Shown piece by piece: positions 1 to 6,801 of a DNA stretch of 21,695 nt; position 1 is the first letter of the stretch, and every line of letters begins with the position of its first letter. The position numbers and the translations under genes are program-made. The notes below the pieces were generated by a model. The model saw only the letters and a program-made list of their open reading frames with translations, did no database searches and was not told the DNA's origin. Location of the stretch: NCBI GenBank assembly GCA_042219045.1, contig JBDGQO010000004.1:79237-100931 (forward strand). The letters run 5' to 3'. The stretch comes from Candidatus Bipolaricaulia bacterium (GTDB lineage Bacteria; Bipolaricaulota; Bipolaricaulia; RBG-16-55-9).

Positions 1-639
1 ATCCAACTGATTCTGATCTTCATCAGCGCGTTGGTGGCGCCCATGCTCATCTGCACCGATCGGGCCTACGGCGTCTATCCGCTCTACCTGTCGCGGCCCA
101 TCCACGCGTATGACTACCTCCTGGCGAAGGGGACGGCCGTCTTCGGCGTCCTGTTGCTGTTCACGTTGGGGCCGGGGCTGATCCTGTTGGGCGCCAAAGT
201 CGTCTTGGCCGAGGAGCCCCTGACCTACTTGACGAATCACCTTCGGGATGTCGGCGCATTGCTCGTCAGTTCGGTCCTAATGGCGCTGTTCATCTCGAGC
301 CTCGCCATGGCGGTCTCCTCGTTGACGACGAGCCGTGGCTACGCGGCCGGTGGCTTGATCGGTGGGCTGATGCTGTTGTCGTTCGTTCCTGCACTGCTCT
401 TTCTCATCACGCAGAATGCCTGGTTCACCTTGGTTGACGTGGGCAGCGCCGCGGCGTACGTCAAGGACGCGTTGTTCGGCACGCTGCAGAGCATCCAAGC
501 CCCGATCCAGATGGGCGAGGAGTCGCGCACGATCACCTTGGAGCCGTTGTCGGCATGGATCTATCTGGCGGAGACGCTGGCCCTCATTGTCGTGTCCTGG
601 GCGGTCATTTGGGGCCGGTATCGCCGGGAGGCGCGCTGA
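1..639 (+). CDS. ABC-2 type transporter permease (5'-truncated)
   Basis: Frame is open from base 1 (IQLILIFISALVAP...). Several hydrophobic helices and an LYLSRPI...YLLAK motif typical of ABC-2 permeases. Directly upstream of an ABC ATPase. Confidence 0.85.
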   Translation: MQLILIFISALVAPMLICTDRAYGVYPLYLSRPIHAYDYLLAKGTAVFGVLLLFTLGPGLILLGAKVVLAEEPLTYLTNHLRDVGALLVSSVLMALFISSLAMAVSSLTTSRGYAAGGLIGGLMLLSFVPALLFLITQNAWFTLVDVGSAAAYVKDALFGTLQSIQAPIQMGEESRTITLEPLSAWIYLAETLALIVVSWAVIWGRYRREAR

Positions 640-641
640 CC

Positions 642-1550
642 ATGGCCGTGATCAACGTCGACAGCGCCACGAAGCGCTACGGCGATGTGGTCGCACTCAG
701 CGACGTCTCCGTGGAGATCGAGCCCGGCGTCACGGGACTCTTGGGCCCGAACGGGGCGGGCAAGACGACGCTATTGAAGATGATGACGGGATTGCTCGCT
801 CCCACATCGGGCTCGGTGACGCTGTGGGACGCTTCGCCGCGATCCGATCCGAGCCTCTATGGCCGCATCGGCTATTGCCCCGAGGGCGAGACGCTCTACG
901 GGTTCATGACGGGGCGCACGTTCTTGGCGATGAACGCCCGTCTGCACGGGCTCAGCGATCCGGACGGCGCCGCGCAACGGGCACTGCAGCAGGTCGACCT
1001 CGTCGACGAGGCGGAGAAGCGCATCCGAGCCTACAGCCGCGGCATGCGACAGCGGATCAAGATGGCTCAAGCGCTGCTGCACGAGCCCGACGTGCTATTG
1101 CTGGATGAGCCGCTCAAAGGGGCCGACCCGACCCAACGCCGCACGCTGATGGACCTCATCGTCCAGCTCGGCCAAGCCGGGCACACGGTGGTCGTCTCGT
1201 CCCACGTGTTGCACGAGGTCGAGCGCATGGCGGCGGAGATCGTCTTGATCCACCGTGGGCGATTGCTCGCGTCCGGCGACTATCACGCCATCCGCGAGGC
1301 GATGGACGGGCGCCCCCACAAGGTGTCACTCGAAGCGGACGAGCCGCGGCGCCTGGCGGCCGTCCTCACGGAAGGCGATCTCGTGAACGGCGTCGAGCTC
1401 CAAGAGGATCGCGTTGTCGTGGATATCGCGGACCCATCGTCGTTCTACCGCGACCTGCCGCGTGTCGCGCTTGAGGCCGAGATCCGCCTGACGGAGATCA
1501 CGAGTCTCGATGAGGACTTGGAGAGCGTGTTCCGGTACTTGGTGCAATGA
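642..1550 (+). CDS. ABC transporter ATP-binding protein
   Basis: Walker A GPNGAGKT, signature YSRGMRQR, Walker B LLLDEP, H-loop SSH. ATG 642 follows GGGAGG and lies 2 nt after the upstream stop. Confidence 0.95.
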   Translation: MAVINVDSATKRYGDVVALSDVSVEIEPGVTGLLGPNGAGKTTLLKMMTGLLAPTSGSVTLWDASPRSDPSLYGRIGYCPEGETLYGFMTGRTFLAMNARLHGLSDPDGAAQRALQQVDLVDEAEKRIRAYSRGMRQRIKMAQALLHEPDVLLLDEPLKGADPTQRRTLMDLIVQLGQAGHTVVVSSHVLHEVERMAAEIVLIHRGRLLASGDYHAIREAMDGRPHKVSLEADEPRRLAAVLTEGDLVNGVELQEDRVVVDIADPSSFYRDLPRVALEAEIRLTEITSLDEDLESVFRYLVQ

Positions 1551-2272
1551 CCACGACGATTGCGCTGGCGAAACTGACGCTGCGGCAGTACGGCAGCCGC
1601 CTCGGGCTGCTGGCGTTTTCCGGGGTGTTGGCCATTCTGCCCTGGATTATCGCGATCGTCTACTGGGCAGCTGCCCAATGGGAAAGCGACATGATTTCCG
1701 CCGCCCAGTTCGCCGAGGCGCTATTTGCCAACTTCACGCTGCCGTTGCTCTATCCCGTCCTCGCGCTGCTCTTGACCGCGTCGGTGCTTCGGGACGAGAT
1801 CGCCAACGGCACCATGCCCTATCTCTGGACGAAGCCCGTCAGCCGGGCGTCGATTGTCGTCGGCAAGTTCGCGGGCGGCGTCGCCATCGCGCTTGTCGTC
1901 ACCGCCCTGAGCTCGATCGGCACCGTCGGCGCGATGACGGCCGATCCCGCCACGCTCGGGGCCCATCTGGGGGCGCTGATCCCGACGGTCTTCGCTTACG
2001 GGGCGTTGTTCTTTGCGCTGGGGACGCTCTTGGAGCGCGGGCTCCTATGGGGATTTGTCTTTCTCTTGGGCTGGGAGGAGGCGCTCAGCCGCATCTCCAC
2101 GCTCGCCACTCAGGCCAGCATTCGGCATTATGCTGAGGAGCTGACGCGTGCGCTCCAGGGCAGCGCCAGCTCCCTCGACCCGCTGACCAGCCTGGCGGTC
2201 CTGATTGGGGTGGGCGTTGTGCTGTTGATCCTGGCTGCCTTGCGGTTCAGCAGCATGGAATTCGCCGACTGA
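1547..2272 (+). CDS. ABC-2 type transporter permease
   Basis: ATGA overlap with the ATPase, about 6 TM segments, DEIANGTMPYLWTKPVSR...GKF motif. Confidence 0.88.
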   Translation: MTTTIALAKLTLRQYGSRLGLLAFSGVLAILPWIIAIVYWAAAQWESDMISAAQFAEALFANFTLPLLYPVLALLLTASVLRDEIANGTMPYLWTKPVSRASIVVGKFAGGVAIALVVTALSSIGTVGAMTADPATLGAHLGALIPTVFAYGALFFALGTLLERGLLWGFVFLLGWEEALSRISTLATQASIRHYAEELTRALQGSASSLDPLTSLAVLIGVGVVLLILAALRFSSMEFAD

Positions 2273-2394
2273 GTGCTCATTTCCCCTAACCGATAGCTGG
2301 GGCACGTTGGACGGCGAGCCCCGGGTGTCAACGTAAGGAACGGCCTCGCCGCGCGAACCCCGACGACCTAGCCCCCTTGAGTCGAGAGGACGGG

Positions 2395-2439
2395 AAAAGA
2401 AAGAGCCACCCTGGTGAGGAGGCCAGACCAGGGCGGCTC
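2395..2439 (-). terminator. Intrinsic terminator of the coiled-coil protein gene
   Basis: Minus strand GAGCCGCCCTGGT-(11-nt loop CTGGCCTCCTC)-ACCAGGGTGGCTC-TTTCTTTT: 13-bp stem with one G-U, followed by a U-tract. Confidence 0.85.
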
Positions 2440-2523
2440 GCAACTTGCCTGACGCGCAGGCGCGTTCTTAAGCGTACGGGACGGACGCGTCCGGTCCGTC
2501 GGTGCAACGTTCGTGTGCCACGC

Positions 2524-3423
2524 CTAGAAGAGACCGAAGGCCGCGGCCAATGCCGCCACCCCCGAGATCAGACCAGCCGTGGCCAGTGCCATGTTCGTGT
2601 TGCTTTGCGACTGGACGTTTTCGATCTGGGTCTGCATCTGCTCCTCGAGCTTGACGATGCGCGACTGGAGCTGCTGGACCTTGTCCGGACTGACCGTTTG
2701 CGAGGTGAGCTTGGACTCCAGCGAGTCGAGGCGGCTCGAGTTCTCGGCAATGTTGGATTGCATGCTGGAAATGGGCAAGCTGGAGATCTCGTTTTCCAAG
2801 CTGGAGATCCGCTCGGAGAGTTTGCTCATCTGCCCGGACAGCTCCATGCGGATGCTCTCAATGCGATCGGTCAGCTTGGCCGTGGCTTGCGGGCCGTTCG
2901 GCTGTTTGGCCAGGGTCGAGACCTGCTGGCTGAGCGAGTTGACCTCCTTGCTGAGCTTCGATACGTCCTTCTCAAGCGAGAGCAGCTTGCGAACCTCGCC
3001 CTCGACGGTCGACAGCCGCGCATCTAAACCGTCCACGGTCGTTTCCAGGTCGTAGACGCGGCCTTGGATGGTCTTGATCTTCTCGCTCGTGCTGGCGCCA
3101 ACGCCCTCGATCTTGCTCTCCAATGCCGCAATCTTCGAGGGCAGCTCTTCCACCTTGCTCTGGAGGTTCTGGAGCTCTTTGACCTGGCCTTCGAGCTTCT
3201 TGACCTCGTAGGAGACGTCCTTGACGACGTCGTTGGTTGCCTTGGTCTGTTCCAGCTGATAGGAGAGGTCCTTGACCATCTTCTCGAGGCTGTCGACGCT
3301 CTTAGAGAGCGATTCGACCTTCTCTTTCAGATTGGTCGAATCGTCTTCGGCCATGGCGGGGGATGCGATCATCAGGACGGCAAAGACGATCGCCAGCGCC
3401 ACTGTGAAGCATGTTCTGTTCAT
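2524..3423 (-). CDS. Exported long coiled-coil protein with C-terminal membrane anchor (299 aa)
   Basis: SD AGGAGGAGG before ATG 3423. Signal peptide ending AMA|E, about 240 aa of heptad-like L/V/I repeats, C-terminal hydrophobic helix ALATAGLISGVAALAAAFGLF. Confidence 0.85.
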   Translation of the reverse strand: MNRTCFTVALAIVFAVLMIASPAMAEDDSTNLKEKVESLSKSVDSLEKMVKDLSYQLEQTKATNDVVKDVSYEVKKLEGQVKELQNLQSKVEELPSKIAALESKIEGVGASTSEKIKTIQGRVYDLETTVDGLDARLSTVEGEVRKLLSLEKDVSKLSKEVNSLSQQVSTLAKQPNGPQATAKLTDRIESIRMELSGQMSKLSERISSLENEISSLPISSMQSNIAENSSRLDSLESKLTSQTVSPDKVQQLQSRIVKLEEQMQTQIENVQSQSNTNMALATAGLISGVAALAAAFGLF

Positions 3424-3561
3424 CGAAATCTGCCTCCTCCTTGGGAGTGGTCTATGCTTACCGTAGCAGGGGTAACGCATGTCACAGAGGAGGTCGGTTA
3501 AGCCGGGGTGAGAACTTGGTCACACGGTAATGTCACGCGCGTTACAGTTGGACACCCGGTG

Positions 3562-3590
3562 TTGTCCCTGCTGCAGGGCTCGCCTAAAAT
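3562..3590 (+). promoter_or_regulatory. Putative sigma70-type promoter of the recombinase
   Basis: TTGTCC (3562-3567), 17 bp, TAAAAT (3585-3590), followed by SD GGAGGTGA (3597-3604). Confidence 0.6.
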
Positions 3591-3609
3591 CGGATCGGAG
3601 GTGAGCGGC

Positions 3610-4506
3610 GTGCCCGCTTGGCAGGAAGCGATCCCGGCGTTTCTCAATTCCCTGGACGTGTCCTCGAACACCGTCCGGACCTACGAGGAAGCGCTGAAGA
3701 GTTTTACGCGTTGGCTGGCGAGCCACGACGGCACGGAAGCCGAGCCGAGCCCAGAGACCGTTCGGGCGTATCGGGAATGGCTCAAAGGGGAACGATCGGC
3801 CAACACCGTGCTGACCTACTGGGTGGCCTTGCGGCGGTTCTTCCAGTATGCAGTCGTCAACGATCACATCCAGAAGAATCCCGTGGAGGGCCTCAAGGGG
3901 CTTCGACGCCCACGCGGGCACCTGCGACGCGACCTGACGCGCGGCGAACTGCGCGCGGTCTTCGAGGCGATTGATACCTCCACCGAGCTCGGCAAGCGGG
4001 ACTACGCCATGATCAACCTGATGGCCCGCAACGGACTGCGGATCGTCGAGATCCACCGCGCCAACGTCGGCGACCTCGAGGCCCGCCAGCACCGTCAGAT
4101 CATGCGCATCTGGGGCAAGGGCCGTGACGAACGCGATGAGTTCGTCGTGCTCGCGGAGCCCACCGAGGCGGCGCTGGATGACTACCTGGACACGCGGGGC
4201 GCAGCCGCATCCAACGAACCGCTGTTCACGAAGGCATCGGGATCAAGCCCTCAGGGCGAAGCACGCCTGAGCACGCGCCACATCCGCCGTCGGATTACGC
4301 GCTACTTCGAATTGGCTGGGGTCAAGACCGACCGGACCTCTGTCCACTCGCTGCGCCACAGCTTCGTCACGCTCGCCATCGAGGGCGGGGCGACGCTCAT
4401 GGAAGCCCAAGCGGCCGCACGGCATCGCTCCATCCAGACGACGATGGTCTACTTCCACGAGCACGGCCGTCTGGACAATCCCGTGGAAGACCGCATCGAC
4501 ATCTGA
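3610..4506 (+). CDS. Tyrosine recombinase/integrase (XerC/D-like architecture, 298 aa)
   Basis: N-terminal core-binding domain (SSNTVRTY...L..F..W) and the full catalytic set: R (GLR), K (GKG), HxxR (HSLRH), H (ARH), Y (TTMVY). GTG 3610 follows GGAGGTGA. Confidence 0.93.
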   Translation: MPAWQEAIPAFLNSLDVSSNTVRTYEEALKSFTRWLASHDGTEAEPSPETVRAYREWLKGERSANTVLTYWVALRRFFQYAVVNDHIQKNPVEGLKGLRRPRGHLRRDLTRGELRAVFEAIDTSTELGKRDYAMINLMARNGLRIVEIHRANVGDLEARQHRQIMRIWGKGRDERDEFVVLAEPTEAALDDYLDTRGAAASNEPLFTKASGSSPQGEARLSTRHIRRRITRYFELAGVKTDRTSVHSLRHSFVTLAIEGGATLMEAQAAARHRSIQTTMVYFHEHGRLDNPVEDRIDI

Positions 4507-4526
4507 TCCGTTCCCTTGACGGGGAA

Positions 4527-4898
4527 TCAGCCGCCGGTCCCCGACGTTTGGGTGACGATCAGCACGATCCGCACGACGATCAGAATCCAGCCCGCAGCGA
4601 CGACAATCCACGCCAGCCGTTTGGCGATGTCGGAGATGACGAGAAAGATCGTCAATATCGCCAGGATCCCGATGGCATCGACGAGCGATGCCGGGATCGT
4701 GATGTTGGGGACGATCGACTGGACGAGGTTGACGATCAACTCGCCGATCCAGCGCGAGATGGTGTAGAGAAATTCCAGGATCTGATCGAACGCGTCTCGG
4801 GTCTCCGGCGTGACGTTCGGCGGGTTCTGTTGGAGGGCATGGCTTTTCAGGGATGAGAACGCGATGATCGATGCCATGACCGAACTGATGCGGGTCAT
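4527..4898 (-). CDS. Small membrane protein of unknown function (123 aa)
   Basis: SD AAAGGAGG before ATG 4898, hydrophobic N-terminus and two C-terminal TM helices. The longer track ORF (start 5201) reads through the tRNA and is not credible. Confidence 0.75.
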   Translation of the reverse strand: MTRISSVMASIIAFSSLKSHALQQNPPNVTPETRDAFDQILEFLYTISRWIGELIVNLVQSIVPNITIPASLVDAIGILAILTIFLVISDIAKRLAWIVVAAGWILIVVRIVLIVTQTSGTGG

Positions 4899-4922
4899 CG
4901 AACCTCCTTTGCAGACGTTGAT

Positions 4923-5062
4923 TCGCCATGAACCTGACCGATCTTGCCACATCACGTTGCGCCCTACGATAGCAGGTTCCCGGGAAGGTTCAACGCTCCA
5001 TGCGTTCCAGCGGGCAAGCGTCACGCCCACACGGAACGCGTCAAGATCCGAGGCCATGGCGA
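4923..5062 (-). ncRNA. Candidate structured RNA / cis-regulatory leader (three-way junction)
   Basis: Nested complementary segments: 4923-4930/5055-5062, 4940-4946/5042-5048, 5002-5008/5033-5039, 5012-5015/5025-5028, 4955-4959/4991-4995, 4963-4967/4972-4976. Mismatches read as G-U on the minus strand. I recognise no known family. Confidence 0.45.
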
Positions 5063-5111
5063 GCGAATGCCTCGATGAGCATTTACGGGTGCCAACACGG
5101 GAAGGATGCGT

Positions 5112-5199
5112 TGGTGCCGAGGGCGGGATTCGAACCCGCACGGCCCAGGGGGCCACGGGATTTTGAGTCCCGCGCGTCTGCCAGTTCCGCCACCTCGGC
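5112..5199 (-). tRNA. tRNA-Leu (anticodon CAA)
   Basis: GCCGAGG acceptor stem, D-loop GG, anticodon arm CGGGA-CT-CAA-AA-TCCCG, long variable arm, GGTTCGAATCC T-arm, encoded CCA. Confidence 0.97.
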
Positions 5200-5209
5200 A
5201 CGGTCTGCT

Positions 5210-5238
5210 ATTATAGGTGGAGGAACATGGGCCGTCAA
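5210..5238 (-). promoter_or_regulatory. sigma70-type promoter of tRNA-Leu
   Basis: Minus strand TTGACG, 17 bp, TATAAT, ending 10 nt before the mature tRNA 5' end. Confidence 0.9.
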
Positions 5239-5247
5239 TCACATCCG

Positions 5248-5276
5248 TTGCGCCCTGAGCGCGACAGCCTTACCAT
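5248..5276 (+). promoter_or_regulatory. Putative promoter of the 5327 ORF, back-to-back with the tRNA promoter
   Basis: TTGCGC, 17 bp, TACCAT. Confidence 0.5.
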
Positions 5277-5326
5277 CGATCCTGACACTCAGTCGAAGGG
5301 CGCCGTGTACACGGAGCGGGATCACT

Positions 5327-5794
5327 ATGGCTCGCGATGAGGACGGACTCGACCTGAGCGCGCGCATGGATCTGGCTCGCCTTGCCTACGGGGAGCAGAT
5401 CATCCGGTGTATCAATCGGTCGCCCGAGGACGTGGAAGGGTTCCTGATGCTCGACGGCGAAGTCGAAAAGGCCCGCTGGTGGCGAGCGTTCGCCGTCGCC
5501 AAGCGCGAAGGGAATCGCGACTACGTGCGCGGCCTGCTCGCCTATCTTATGAGCCACCACTTGGATGCCCGCAACGCGACGAAGCAACGCCATCTGAGCG
5601 AGCGCATCCGGAGCGGCGCCCTGGGCTTGGAAGATCTGACGATCGAGATGCTGTCGGGGGCCGCCTTGACGTGGCAGGACGTCTTCCGGTTGGTGGGGAC
5701 CGAATTCAACCCGACCCGCGAGAAGGCCCTCGTCCAAGAGATCTATCAGCGGCTTACGCAGACGGAGGAGTGTCTCCCCTCTCCGCCTCCGTAG
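5327..5794 (+). CDS. Hypothetical cytoplasmic protein (155 aa)
   Basis: ATG 5327 after GGAGCGGG, host-like codon usage, helical-looking sequence. Its 3' end overlaps the 3' end of rsmA by 41 nt. Confidence 0.7.
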   Translation: MARDEDGLDLSARMDLARLAYGEQIIRCINRSPEDVEGFLMLDGEVEKARWWRAFAVAKREGNRDYVRGLLAYLMSHHLDARNATKQRHLSERIRSGALGLEDLTIEMLSGAALTWQDVFRLVGTEFNPTREKALVQEIYQRLTQTEECLPSPPP

Positions 5795-6662
5795 ACGCGG
5801 CATCGGGTGCGGACGTCGATGCCAACGCTTGGGCCAAACGGTCAAACTCGCCCATCGTCAACGTCTCGCCGCGTCGATGCTCGTCGATTCCAGCGTTCTG
5901 CAGCAGTCGGGCGGATTCGTCCGTCGAGATGTCCAATCCGAGGGACAGCGCTCGCCGGAGCGTCTTGCGACGGACGCCGAACGCGGCCCGAACGGCCTGT
6001 TGGAAGGCCCAATCGGGTGCTGAGAACGCGGGCTTCGCGCGCGGCTCGATCGCCAACACGGCGGATTCGACCTCCGGCGGCGGATAGAACGCGTTCTTCG
6101 AGACGTTGAACGCCCGTTCCACATGACACTGCGCCTGAACCCAGATCCCGAGGGAGCTCGTCTCGCGCGTCCCGGGATCCGCTAGGAGCTTCGTCGCCAC
6201 CTCGCGTTGGACCGTCCAGACGGCGCTGCGGACACGATCGCGATGCTGAATGAGCCGCTCCAGCAGCGGTGCGGTGATGTTATAGGGCAAATTCCCCAGC
6301 GCTTGGACGTCCCCGTTTGATGGCAGGATCTCCGGCCACCCCGCCTCCAGCGCATCCGCTTGGACGATCTGGACATGGGGTTCCGCCCGGAAGCGCTCGC
6401 TCAGCCACGCCGCTAGCGTCGGATCGACCTCCACGGCGACGACCTGGTCCGTGACCTCAGCCAGGCGCTCGGTCAACACGCCCAGTCCGGGCCCGATCTC
6501 CAGGACGGTATCCGCGGCGGCGGGCTCGGCGACCGAGATGATGCGCTCCACGGTGTTGGCGTCGATCAGGAAATGCTGGCCCCATCGCTTGCGAGGCCGG
6601 ATGCCCAGTTGCGCCAACGCGTCGCGGACGGCTCGAGGGGACGACATCGACGGACGGCTCAT
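5754..6662 (-). CDS. rsmA: 16S rRNA m6,2A1518/1519 dimethyltransferase (KsgA)
   Basis: KRWGQHFL, EIGPGLG, VEVD, NLPYNIT, QREVA and F.PPPEVES motifs. Confidence 0.96.
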   Translation of the reverse strand: MSRPSMSSPRAVRDALAQLGIRPRKRWGQHFLIDANTVERIISVAEPAAADTVLEIGPGLGVLTERLAEVTDQVVAVEVDPTLAAWLSERFRAEPHVQIVQADALEAGWPEILPSNGDVQALGNLPYNITAPLLERLIQHRDRVRSAVWTVQREVATKLLADPGTRETSSLGIWVQAQCHVERAFNVSKNAFYPPPEVESAVLAIEPRAKPAFSAPDWAFQQAVRAAFGVRRKTLRRALSLGLDISTDESARLLQNAGIDEHRRGETLTMGEFDRLAQALASTSAPDAASTEAERGDTPPSA

Positions 6663-6682
6663 CGCGATTCGCGCCCAGCCTG

Positions 6683-6690
6683 ACTATAAT
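6683..6690. promoter_or_regulatory. Overlapping -10 elements between divergent rsmA and ahcY
   Basis: TATAAT on + (6685-6690) and TATAGT on - (6683-6688). The -35 matches are poor. Confidence 0.5.
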
Positions 6691-6801
6691 GGCTCCTCTG
6701 ATCAAGGGTAATGGCGACCGATCGCTCGAGCTCGGTCCCGAGCCGTGCTGGACCAGCCAGACTTGATCATCTCGAGAATCGACAACGAGGAGTTGACGAC
6801 C

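Noticed and set aside
3520..3547. dif-like site (..TAA TGTCAC GCGCGTTACAG) beside the recombinase
   Set aside because: The XerD arm lacks the conserved TTATG, so similarity is too weak.
2284..4506. Integron (IntI + attC)
   Set aside because: The recombinase lacks the IntI-specific insertion. CCCTAAC and GTTGGAC (2284-2312) are too close to form an attC, and there is no cassette array.
4923..5111. 6S RNA, SRP RNA, cobalamin riboswitch or tRNA-associated HDV-like ribozyme
   Set aside because: No large central bubble (6S), no GGAA-GGAAGCAG helix 8 (SRP), no B12 box. The sequence after CCA does not build the HDV P1/P3 pseudoknot.
4527..5794. Track ORFs 4527-5201(-) and 5000-5794(+) at full length
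   Set aside because: Their N-terminal extensions run through the tRNA. Better SD-supported starts exist at 4898 and 5327.
6691..6801. Canonical SAH or SAM riboswitch upstream of ahcY
   Set aside because: The GAGGAGCG...CAGGCUC...CGCUC consensus of SAH and the SAM-I core are absent.
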